Made by a program: the position numbers and the translations under genes. Source: Rickettsiales bacterium (lineage in GTDB: Bacteria; Pseudomonadota; Alphaproteobacteria; Rickettsiales; UBA3002). From it: DNA of 64,000 nt. The stretch spans positions 1,198 to 65,197 of the forward strand of contig JALEGK010000022.1 of NCBI GenBank assembly GCA_022763105.1. The letters run 5' to 3'. Below are positions 20,747 to 29,372 of the stretch, piece after piece. The first letter of the stretch is position 1, and every line of letters starts with the position of its first letter. A model generated the notes under the pieces. That model saw only the letters and a program-made list of their open reading frames with translations, did no database searches and was not told the DNA's origin.

Positions 20747-21364
20747 ATGGCGTTTACATTACCCGATCTACCCTATGCGAAAGATGCATTGGAACCACAT
20801 ATTTCACCAGAAACCTTAGATTTTCACCATGGCAAACACCACAATGCCTATGTTGGCAAGCTGAATGAGCTGATTTCTGGCACCGAGCTGGAAGGTAAAA
20901 GCTTAGAAGAGATTATGCATGCAACCGCTGGCAAAGCTGATAAAGCGGCGATCTTCAATAATGCGGCGCAAGTGTGGAACCACACCTTTTACTGGAACTC
21001 TATGAAACCATCTGGTGGTGGTGAGCCGGATGGTGCGCTCGCGGATGCGATTGAGCGCGATTTTGAAAGCTTCGAGAAATTCTCTGAGCAGTTTCATAAT
21101 GCAGGCATGGGCCAATTTGGTAGCGGCTGGGCATGGCTGGTGCTGGATGGTGACAAGCTGAAGATTGTTAAAACCCCGAATGCTGAAAACCCAATGACCG
21201 ATGGTATGACCCCACTGCTAACCGCAGATGTGTGGGAGCATGCGTACTACATTGATTTCCGCAATCGTCGTCCTGACTATCTGAACTCCTTTTTAGATGC
21301 ATTGGTGAATTGGGACTTCGCTGCGAAAAATTATCAAGACGCGCAGCAGGCAAAAGCCGCTTAG
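20747..21364 (+). CDS. sodB: Fe/Mn-family superoxide dismutase (Fe-type)
   Basis: AFTLPDLPYAKDALEPHISPETLDFHHGKHHNAYV; DVWEHAYYIDFRNRRPDY. Confidence 0.95.
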   Translation: MAFTLPDLPYAKDALEPHISPETLDFHHGKHHNAYVGKLNELISGTELEGKSLEEIMHATAGKADKAAIFNNAAQVWNHTFYWNSMKPSGGGEPDGALADAIERDFESFEKFSEQFHNAGMGQFGSGWAWLVLDGDKLKIVKTPNAENPMTDGMTPLLTADVWEHAYYIDFRNRRPDYLNSFLDALVNWDFAAKNYQDAQQAKAA

Positions 21365-21378
21365 TGATTGATGTGATT

Positions 21379-21410
21379 CTCCCCTTGCGCTAGCCTGAGT
21401 GCGAGGGGAG
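21379..21410 (+). terminator. 12-bp GC-rich hairpin downstream of sodB, with no U-tract
   Basis: ctccccttgcgc / loop tagcctga / gtgcgaggggag, with two G-U pairs. It sits 15 nt after the sodB stop and ends 9 nt before the next start. Confidence 0.4.
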
Positions 21411-21418
21411 ATGATTAA

Positions 21419-24154
21419 ATGACGAGCACGGTTCGTTCACTGCTTACACATTTCAGGCAGACCCCCCTACTTTATTGGTTATCCTTTTTATCCGGCGTAT
21501 GCGGCATTGCGTATGAGATTATCTATGCGCGCGTGCTGTCGACCTATTTGGGCGACATGTTTTATGTTAGCGCGTCTATTCTTGCGGTCTTTTTATTCAT
21601 GATCGGATTGGGCGCACTCATCGCCCATCGTTTCTTGAAATATCTCTGGCTGATGGAAGCGCTCATTGGGGTGTTTGCCTTTGCCATGGCCTATATGCAG
21701 ACCATGCCGGACCAGTGGGTGCAATGGTTGGCGGGTGAGGCGAGTGGTCCTTATGAAACCTTGTGGTTGGTGTTCATGTTGATTGGGTTGCCCGCCTGTT
21801 TGATCGGTTTTAGCGTGCCGCTTTTCACGCTCAGCATTCATGCCGAAGAAAAAAATGAGGGGCTGAAAGACTCCTTCAGAACAGTGTATTTATATTATCA
21901 TCTGGGTGCGGTGCTATGCGTGCTTCTGATAGAGTATCTCATCTTCCGTTATTTTGGTATTGGCGCGGCGCTTTGCGTTCTGGGCTGCGTGAATATGTAT
22001 ATTGCGGTACGGCTACGACCTGTTCTCAAAGATTTGCAGATACCCAAGCAAGAATCGGCTGCGAACGTATCGTTTCGGGCCATTAGTGTTTTGGTATTAG
22101 CCAGCACAGCTAGCGGCATGCTGCAGCTTTGGATGCTGAAATTATCGCAGCGTGTGTTTGGCCCGTATCACGAAAACTTCACCATCGTGTTGGTCATCAA
22201 TCTGATTGGCTTGGCGGTGGGTGCGTTCATGTTGCCGCGTATCGCAAAACAGGCGGCTAAATTGTATCGCTATGTTGCCTTCCTCTTGCTGGTCTTTTGC
22301 ATCAATTTGGTGGGTTGGATTTATCTGTGGTCGTATAGCAATATGCTGGCAGATGCGGTCGGGCTGAGTTGGCTACTTAAGCTGAGCTGGATGATTGGCT
22401 TTTCTGCTATGCCGATGATTATGCTTGGCGCAACGATTCCCATTTTGCTTTCGCTGTATCCGAGCAATACCCAAACACCGGGCCGCTATTTGGCGATTGC
22501 ATCTTTTGCAAATGTGGCGGGATATTTACTAAGTTTCTTGGTGCTGAATACCGTGCTGAATGACCCGCAAATGATTGCACTTATTGCGGCGATGGTGCTG
22601 CTTGTTGGTTTGACACTCCAATGGCCGGGTCTGAAAGACACATTAAACTACATTTTCTTTTTTGCGGGTTGCGTGGTGTTGCTAATGAAAGCATGGCCGG
22701 ATGATGTGCTATCGCTTGGTTATACTAATTTAGTGTTTGGTACGTATCTGCAAAACGAAAAGCGGGATTATTTTTATAGCGAACATTACACGCGCTACGA
22801 TAGTCATGTGGATCTGGTTTATACCAATAACCAGAGCGTGAAGTTGAATATCAATGGTTATTCTAGTTTGCATATTCCACTCAATCGCCCGGCGCTGAAT
22901 CAGGAAGTGTTGTATGGTGCGATTCCGGCGATCTACACGCCGAAGCAAAGTAATGCATTGGTGTTGGGTTTAGGCATTGGCGCAACGGCCTATGGTGCAG
23001 CAAGTCTGTTTGAAGAAGTGGATGTGGTGGAAATTAATCCGCTGATGATTGATTTGCAGCCGCGCTTTAAGCAGGTGAATCATGATGTGGTGAGCTGGCC
23101 GCATGTGAATGTGCATTATGAAGATGGGCTGGCATTTATTGCGAAGAAGACCAAGCAATATGATGCGATCATTAACACGGTCACTAGCCCATTATTTTTC
23201 TCATCTGCGAAGCTTTATACCAGTGATTTTATGCGGCTGGCGAAGAAGCGCCTAAAGCCAAATGGCGTCTATACTTTATGGTTTGATGCGCGTGTGACAC
23301 CCAAAGGTCAGGCGATCATTCAGCAGACGATTAAGTCGGTGTTTGCGCATTGTCATTTTGCGCATCTGAATGGTGCGTATACGCAGGCGATTTGCTCTGA
23401 CGCGCCGCTTAATCCAAAGCCAGAATATGTGTTAGATGCGCGCCAAAGCCTGATCGATACATTTAATGCTGAGAAGATGGGGATTTCATTTGATGCGCTC
23501 GTGAACTACCTGATTCTCAATGAGCATGATTTATATGCGAAAGAATGGGCATCGAGATTAAACACCTACGATTTACCAGCGCTTGAATATATTATGTCGG
23601 CGCGCTCTACCAATCAGAATAACTATGCGAAAGATTTGTTTGAAGAGTTAGGCGCACAGTTTGATCAAACTATCCGAGGGTCGCTTGATGAGGCGAAGCT
23701 CGCAGAGCGTTGCTTGGCGTTTTTGATTGTAGGTGGCAGTGATTGTGATGAGAAGCTGGCAGGAGATGGTGCGGTGCCGTCGCGTTTTGTGAAACTGCTT
23801 ATTCATTACATGCCAAATGATAAATCGATTATCTCTAATTTAGTTGATTATTTGCCTAAGCTAGAAGAGGCAGAGCGATGGGATGATATGGTGCTGATTG
23901 GGCGATCGGTATTAAACCAGCCTCACGATTTTTATCACAAAAACCAAAAGAAGATAGTGAGCTACTATGTTGGCGCGCTGATGAGAAAAGGCCAACCAAT
24001 AGAAGACGTGCTGGTTAGTTTGCTCTATGAATCAGGTCCTGCTGATGCGGATTTGCGCGAATTTATGGCAGATGTTGAATCTTACCGAGGCAATGAAGAA
24101 GAGGCGAAAGCACATGCCCAAGCCGCCGCATTATTAAGGCGCGACAATGAGTAA
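21419..24154 (+). CDS. Polytopic membrane protein fused to a spermidine-synthase-like (class I MTase fold) domain and a helical C-terminal region
   Basis: About 430 aa of TM helices, then ALVLGLGIGATAYGA (GxGxG), VDVVEINP and YDAIINTVTSP. The C-terminal ~250 aa is helical and TPR-like. Confidence 0.65.
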   Translation: MTSTVRSLLTHFRQTPLLYWLSFLSGVCGIAYEIIYARVLSTYLGDMFYVSASILAVFLFMIGLGALIAHRFLKYLWLMEALIGVFAFAMAYMQTMPDQWVQWLAGEASGPYETLWLVFMLIGLPACLIGFSVPLFTLSIHAEEKNEGLKDSFRTVYLYYHLGAVLCVLLIEYLIFRYFGIGAALCVLGCVNMYIAVRLRPVLKDLQIPKQESAANVSFRAISVLVLASTASGMLQLWMLKLSQRVFGPYHENFTIVLVINLIGLAVGAFMLPRIAKQAAKLYRYVAFLLLVFCINLVGWIYLWSYSNMLADAVGLSWLLKLSWMIGFSAMPMIMLGATIPILLSLYPSNTQTPGRYLAIASFANVAGYLLSFLVLNTVLNDPQMIALIAAMVLLVGLTLQWPGLKDTLNYIFFFAGCVVLLMKAWPDDVLSLGYTNLVFGTYLQNEKRDYFYSEHYTRYDSHVDLVYTNNQSVKLNINGYSSLHIPLNRPALNQEVLYGAIPAIYTPKQSNALVLGLGIGATAYGAASLFEEVDVVEINPLMIDLQPRFKQVNHDVVSWPHVNVHYEDGLAFIAKKTKQYDAIINTVTSPLFFSSAKLYTSDFMRLAKKRLKPNGVYTLWFDARVTPKGQAIIQQTIKSVFAHCHFAHLNGAYTQAICSDAPLNPKPEYVLDARQSLIDTFNAEKMGISFDALVNYLILNEHDLYAKEWASRLNTYDLPALEYIMSARSTNQNNYAKDLFEELGAQFDQTIRGSLDEAKLAERCLAFLIVGGSDCDEKLAGDGAVPSRFVKLLIHYMPNDKSIISNLVDYLPKLEEAERWDDMVLIGRSVLNQPHDFYHKNQKKIVSYYVGALMRKGQPIEDVLVSLLYESGPADADLREFMADVESYRGNEEEAKAHAQAAALLRRDNE

Positions 24155-25601
24155 TCCTTCAGATGAAACACAAATGTTAGCTGAGAAGCTCAGCTGGCCA
24201 GCACTCATTTTAGGCATGGCTATTGGTCTTGCGATGTTTGTGTCGGGTTTTTCGATTCAGCAACAATTTCTACAAGTCGGACATGAAGATATTGCATTTT
24301 CCTATATGGCAGGTGCGATCATTGCTGCGCTTACCGCAAGGCGAGTACGCGTGAGTATGTGCCATTCACTGATGGCTATTTTCATGCTCTGTTTTACCTG
24401 TTTGTATCTGTTCACCGAGCCTGCCATCTATGATCTGATGCCCGCTCATGCATGCGTCATTATTGTGCCCCTGTTGCTTGGCTATGTTTGCTTTATGGCG
24501 GCATCTGGGGTGGTGTTATTGCTGCATGATGCTCAGTATCAGCAAATGATTTGGGCGGCCTTTTTATTAGGAGCTGCGATTGCGATTGCGGCCGGTAGTT
24601 ATGTGCTTTTACCGATGTTTAGTCTGCATGTCATATTGCTTATTTTGCTGCAGTTGATGTTGCTTGGTTGGTGGTTGCTCAGAGCATATATAAACCGCAG
24701 CATTGATGACGCAAAAACCATTCATTCGTTGAAAGCATTTCTATGTGCTGTGCTTATCGGTTCTTCAATTATTTATGGCGTGAGCGTGATGGCTGCACCT
24801 TATGGTAATTTATGGATGGTCTATGGGTTGAGGCTGGCTGCTTCGCTGCTGTTGCTTGGCTTGGTGTTGTATGTACTGCGCGCACCATTATCTATGATTA
24901 GTAAATATTATGTTTCTAGCGTGCTTGGATTTATGGCGGCAGTTTGTTTGGTCTCATATCTTTACCAACCACCACTTGCGCATCATGACCGTCATATTCG
25001 TGCGCGCATGATACATAGTGTTTTCTCGGAACAATTCTCAGGTGGTGAGAAGGTGGCGCTATGGAATGCTTTGCCGGAAGAATATGATCTGGTTGCGCAA
25101 TATACAGGCGTCAGGCCCGTGGCTTTGTCGGTTGATATGGAGCCGTGTGATGTGGTGATGCTCATGTCATCTTCCTCTTACGACATGCCGGTGGTGCGGT
25201 GGTGGAATCAAGAGAATATCACGCAGCTCTATGATCTGGCTGCGAAGGATGGCCGTGTGATTTTGGCGGCGACCAAACCTATGCTAGATCGCCAGATGAT
25301 GACATTGCTGAACACATTTGAACGTGTGGAATGGCTGCGTGAATCGGATGGGCATTATGTGCTGATGGGCTTTGATTCGAACCGTGATCCGGTGCATCGC
25401 ATCAGAGAAATATCTGACGCATTAAAGGCGCGCCGTGCTGAGATGGGTGTTCGCTCCACACAAGAAGAAATTGCACGTTGGATGGATAGTCGCGAATTAC
25501 CGTCCTCTTACCGCGCGGCAAAACTGCTGAGCAGGCTACAACCTGCCATGGCGTTTACATTTATAAGTGATAAGGCTGAAGCAGCAGAGGAAACGAAGTA
25601 A
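24147..25601 (+). CDS. Polytopic membrane protein with a soluble C-terminal domain; function unknown
   Basis: About 280 aa of TM helices plus a soluble domain of about 200 aa. The start overlaps the upstream stop by 8 nt, which suggests translational coupling. Confidence 0.5.
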   Translation: MSNPSDETQMLAEKLSWPALILGMAIGLAMFVSGFSIQQQFLQVGHEDIAFSYMAGAIIAALTARRVRVSMCHSLMAIFMLCFTCLYLFTEPAIYDLMPAHACVIIVPLLLGYVCFMAASGVVLLLHDAQYQQMIWAAFLLGAAIAIAAGSYVLLPMFSLHVILLILLQLMLLGWWLLRAYINRSIDDAKTIHSLKAFLCAVLIGSSIIYGVSVMAAPYGNLWMVYGLRLAASLLLLGLVLYVLRAPLSMISKYYVSSVLGFMAAVCLVSYLYQPPLAHHDRHIRARMIHSVFSEQFSGGEKVALWNALPEEYDLVAQYTGVRPVALSVDMEPCDVVMLMSSSSYDMPVVRWWNQENITQLYDLAAKDGRVILAATKPMLDRQMMTLLNTFERVEWLRESDGHYVLMGFDSNRDPVHRIREISDALKARRAEMGVRSTQEEIARWMDSRELPSSYRAAKLLSRLQPAMAFTFISDKAEAAEETK

Positions 25602-25605
25602 ATGT

Positions 25606-27258
25606 TCAGGATTCTCGCTTCTGGCTGTCTCTGAGTTTGCCAAGCTGTTCCCCCATACGTCTGAGAGATGGGCTGGCATCATCGCGCGGCACGACCACTT
25701 CAATCAGGTTTAGTTCTGTGCTTGCGAATGCTGATTGCATGGCATCGTGAAGTTCTTGGCAGGTGGTGACACGATACGACTTGCCGTAACGAAGTAGCTC
25801 GGTAATTTGTGTGTAATCCCACGGATGAATATTGTTGAAACTACCGTCGATGATGTGGCGTTGTGTGCCGTAGCCATCGTTATTGAGCAGAAAGACGATT
25901 GGGTTCATGCCGTATTTTGCTGCGGTCGATAGCTCGATGCCGGTCATTTGAAATGCGCCGTCACCGACAATGCAGACGCAGCGAGAATCGGGTGCGCCAG
26001 CCATCGCACCAATGCCTGCGGGAATTGAGAATCCCATCGAGAGATAATAGGCATCGGATAGAAAGTGGTTGCGCCCGCCGGTGCGAAGATTGATGGCGCC
26101 AATTACGGCATCGCCGGTATCGCAGACAACCGTTGCATCGTCAGGTAGCTGCAAGCTTAACTGACGGAAGAAATAATCAATGCTGAGCGACTTGCTTAAT
26201 TCATCGTCGCTGAGTGGCTGAGGAGCAGGGGCGGGCTTTGGTAATTTCTCTGGTGATTTGGGCGTAATATCTGCTGTGTTCATTTTCTCAAGCGCGTCTT
26301 TGAGTGTGACGTGCTCGTAGCTGCGCAGGCCAATGCGCACTTTTTCTGTCGTCAACAAAATGGAGCGTTTGCGGTCTACTTGTCCGGTGTATAGCCCTAA
26401 GAATACGTCGGTGATGAATGCGCCGAGCATGATAATGCAATCGCTGTTTTCAATATAATCCTGCACGGCTTTGTCTGATAAGCCGCCACTATAGACGCCG
26501 ATATAGAGCGGGTTCTTTTCGCTGATGACGCTTTTGCTGAGTAAGGTTGATGCGATAGGGATGTTGAAATGTTGCGCTAAATCGGTCGCCAGATCGGTCA
26601 GGCCGTGGCGGTGTAATTCAACATCAGCAATGATGACTGGTTGCGATGATTTCTCAATCATGGCGGCGACATCTTCGATGAAAGCCTCTAAATTATCAGG
26701 GTCTGATTCGGGCAGCGGATGGTTCGGACGTTTGGGTTCGGTGATGGGAAGATCAACGACATCAAATGGAATTTCGATATAGCCGGGGCGGCTTTGGCGC
26801 TCCATTTCTTCGACGACGCGGATGATTTCATCGGCAGCGGTCTCGGCGTTTAGTAACACTGCGCTGGCACAGGTGACTTCTTCAAAGATGCGATGCTGCG
26901 TGTCGAAGGTGCGCACTTTATGGTGAATGAGCGAGTCGGCGGCACGATCAGATGCGGAAGGTCCGCCAGAGATGACCAGCAGCGGGCTTTTCTCGGCATA
27001 GGCGCACGCAACTGAGTTGAGCATGTTTAAGCCACCCACACAGTAAGTCACGCACGCGACTCCCAATGTTTTGTGCACGCGGGCATAACCGTCTGCAGCA
27101 AAACCAACCGATGGTTCGTGGGTGAGGGTGATGAGGTCTATTGGTGATTCATCGAGCCAGCGAAAGGTGGGCAGCGCAAAATCTCCGGGGATACCGAATG
27201 CATGGCGTACGCCTTTGCTATGAAGATATTGGAATAGAAATTCGCCGATAGTAGCCAT
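25606..27258 (-). CDS. ipdC: Thiamine-diphosphate-dependent alpha-keto-acid decarboxylase, indolepyruvate/phenylpyruvate decarboxylase-like
   Basis: The N-terminus GIPGDFALPTF..THEPSVGFAADGYAR..YAEKSPLLVISGGP closely resembles Azospirillum IpdC/PPDC. TPP motif GDGAFQMTGIELST...NNDGYG. Confidence 0.75.
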   Translation of the reverse strand: MATIGEFLFQYLHSKGVRHAFGIPGDFALPTFRWLDESPIDLITLTHEPSVGFAADGYARVHKTLGVACVTYCVGGLNMLNSVACAYAEKSPLLVISGGPSASDRAADSLIHHKVRTFDTQHRIFEEVTCASAVLLNAETAADEIIRVVEEMERQSRPGYIEIPFDVVDLPITEPKRPNHPLPESDPDNLEAFIEDVAAMIEKSSQPVIIADVELHRHGLTDLATDLAQHFNIPIASTLLSKSVISEKNPLYIGVYSGGLSDKAVQDYIENSDCIIMLGAFITDVFLGLYTGQVDRKRSILLTTEKVRIGLRSYEHVTLKDALEKMNTADITPKSPEKLPKPAPAPQPLSDDELSKSLSIDYFFRQLSLQLPDDATVVCDTGDAVIGAINLRTGGRNHFLSDAYYLSMGFSIPAGIGAMAGAPDSRCVCIVGDGAFQMTGIELSTAAKYGMNPIVFLLNNDGYGTQRHIIDGSFNNIHPWDYTQITELLRYGKSYRVTTCQELHDAMQSAFASTELNLIEVVVPRDDASPSLRRMGEQLGKLRDSQKRES

Positions 27259-27307
27259 GCAAAGATTATAGCATTCGCCATCGATAAAGCTAGCGAATCA
27301 GAATCGA

Positions 27308-27670
27308 TCAATTCTGGTTTTGCTCTATCTGCGCCTGCTTATATGCTTCCTGATGTGCCAATTGGATGAGCGCGGTACGAAGCTCAGTTATTGGCAGATC
27401 GATCTGGTGCAATGCGGGGTGGCCGACTTCTAAATTCACCCATTTTTCAATCTCGCTCATGGGGGATTGCTTGCTAAGCGCGCCCGCTGCAATGGCTTCA
27501 TCTAAATCTTGGACGGCCTTAAGCAGCTTCCATGACATGTGCCATGGTTGGCCTTTTAAGTAGTTTCTTAGTTGCGCCTGAGATTTTGGCGTGCCCAAAT
27601 CACTTAAGCGAAAAGGGGGGTAGATGCGTTGAATATCAGGGTCGTACGAAGAGTAATGAACATCGGACAT
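27308..27670 (-). CDS. Hypothetical protein (120 aa)
   Basis: Clean ORF 49 nt upstream of, and co-directional with, the decarboxylase gene. No motif recognised. Confidence 0.5.
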   Translation of the reverse strand: MSDVHYSSYDPDIQRIYPPFRLSDLGTPKSQAQLRNYLKGQPWHMSWKLLKAVQDLDEAIAAGALSKQSPMSEIEKWVNLEVGHPALHQIDLPITELRTALIQLAHQEAYKQAQIEQNQN

Positions 27671-27855
27671 GGGTGCCTCGCTTTCTCACAATTTAGTATT
27701 GTTGTTATGAGAAAATCTTAGCGGAGTTTTGTTACAGTTTTGTGACGGTCGCGCTGGCCGAAATCATTGCTGGCTTAAACTGCGTCAAGTCGATAGGTTT
27801 TTATGGCACGCGAATAATCATGCGATTCATTACACATAATAAGGAGGCATACGTT

Positions 27856-29214
27856 ATGCGCTTATCACTAATTCACCACAGTATTTTGCCTTTAATGTTA
27901 TTCTTTTCATGTTTTAGTGTGCCTGCTTTAGCGACAGACAATAATAGCCTTTTGCTGCTTATCGATAGCTCTAACTCTATGTATGAAGAGTTGGGTGGCG
28001 AGAAGAAAATAGATGCGGTGAAAGAGACAATTGAGGCGTTGGCCCCCTCTTTTCCAAATGATTTAGATATTCGTGTGGCTTCTTATGGTCGCGACGCACG
28101 CAATTCTTGTTACACAATTAAGTCTTTTTCCCCTTTTGTAGATGGAAAAAACACATCGGGCTTAGAAAAGGCTCTAGAGGAATTTATTACACCTAAACAT
28201 CGCAAGCCCATTGAGTCGGCATTAGAGCCTGCCGTATTCGCCGCAGAAGAAGGACATGAGCAAGGTAGTAACCATGTGGTGGTGATTACGGATGGCTTAG
28301 AGGCATGTGCGATCAATGTCTGTGATGAAGCAAGACGGTTAAGTTTAAGCAATCCGCGTTTGAAGATTCATGCGGTCGGCTATGCCATCGATATGAAAGC
28401 GTATCGTCCGCATATTATTCAATGTATTGCGGATGATGGTGCCGGGCAGTTCATCAATACGCATAGCAAGCAAGAGCTATCAGAGGCGCTAAAGACGATC
28501 ATATCGTCAATTACAAAGCCTGAGACGGATAAATCGCCCAAAAAATGGCATTTGCTTGAGGAAATGACCTTTTCTGACGCCGATTCAATGAAAAACTGGC
28601 GCATAATGGACCCTGTTGAGGGTCAGCACACAGTAAAAGAGGGTGAATTGGTGTTGATAGCGCCTGAAAACGCCCATACAGATGATATTTCCCCCAAAAA
28701 CCGACTAGAATTAGTGAAAAAGCTTCCAAATGGTGATTGGAAGATCAGCACACGCATCGATATGGAGTTTATTACCACCCATGAGGCATTTGAAATAGGC
28801 ATTAGGGATAAAGAGGGGAATTACGTGGCGGCAAGCTTTTTGTCGCGCGGATTTGCTCCGGCCACGGTTATGTTGGCCGTTACCAGCAGCGACAATGGTG
28901 CCGTTGTAAGCAAGGAACGCCAAATGTTTCGTAATGTTCTGACAGGTTGGCAGGGAACGAGGAAAATGGCAGCGGAGCGCATGCCGTTTGATTTGGAGTT
29001 GATCCGAAAGAATGATCGCTATTTCGCGCGCGCCTTATCTGCCCAAAATGGGCGCTATCTCTTTGAAACAGAAGAGATAAAACTCGATCTAAAGCCGGAA
29101 TCAATCTATTTGTCGTTATATCAGCGCCCGAATGACGTTCATCATATACCGCGTAAGAAACATCAAACTATTTCAACGTTAAAATGGGTTAAAATTTTTA
29201 ATATTACCGACTAA
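27856..29214 (+). CDS. Secreted von Willebrand factor type A (vWA) domain protein with an unassigned beta-rich C-terminal domain
   Basis: AAGGAGG RBS 8 nt before the ATG at 27856. Signal peptide MRLSLIHHSILPLMLFFSCFSVPALA. MIDAS LLLLIDSSNSM (DxSxS), VVVITDGLE. The ORF stays open to 27742. Confidence 0.8.
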   Translation: MRLSLIHHSILPLMLFFSCFSVPALATDNNSLLLLIDSSNSMYEELGGEKKIDAVKETIEALAPSFPNDLDIRVASYGRDARNSCYTIKSFSPFVDGKNTSGLEKALEEFITPKHRKPIESALEPAVFAAEEGHEQGSNHVVVITDGLEACAINVCDEARRLSLSNPRLKIHAVGYAIDMKAYRPHIIQCIADDGAGQFINTHSKQELSEALKTIISSITKPETDKSPKKWHLLEEMTFSDADSMKNWRIMDPVEGQHTVKEGELVLIAPENAHTDDISPKNRLELVKKLPNGDWKISTRIDMEFITTHEAFEIGIRDKEGNYVAASFLSRGFAPATVMLAVTSSDNGAVVSKERQMFRNVLTGWQGTRKMAAERMPFDLELIRKNDRYFARALSAQNGRYLFETEEIKLDLKPESIYLSLYQRPNDVHHIPRKKHQTISTLKWVKIFNITD

Positions 29215-29227
29215 ATAAGTCGGTAAT
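29203..29227 (+). terminator. Perfect 9-bp inverted repeat spanning the vWA gene stop (weak, AT-rich hairpin)
   Basis: attaccgac / taaataa / gtcggtaat, followed only by ttg. Confidence 0.25.
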
Positions 29228-29292
29228 TTGCTGATAAATATACTGATGCCCTGCGCGCATTAATAAACTAATTCAATAATTTTGCTAAAATT

Positions 29293-29307
29293 TTAATGAT
29301 TAGTTAA
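29293..29307. promoter_or_regulatory. Perfect TTAA-N7-TTAA (CtrA-type box) about 66 nt upstream of the Hint-protein start
   Basis: Read directly: TTAA(29293-29296) tgattag TTAA(29304-29307), in the AT-rich 158-nt spacer. Confidence 0.35.
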
Positions 29308-29372
29308 CGAAAATCATGTAGTGTAGCGTAAATCATTTTTCGAAATGCCGTAAACGGTTAACGGAGACGACT

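Noticed and set aside
27742-27855. N-terminal extensions of track ORFs: 27742 for the vWA gene, 20643 for the prepilin gene, 33619 for the periplasmic protein, 61417 for rluD, 13931 for guaA, 53718 for gshA
   Set aside because: Internal ATGs give canonical N-termini (signal peptide, class III prepilin signal, homology-supported starts). Most are preceded by Shine-Dalgarno sequences. The longer forms would bury the signal sequences.
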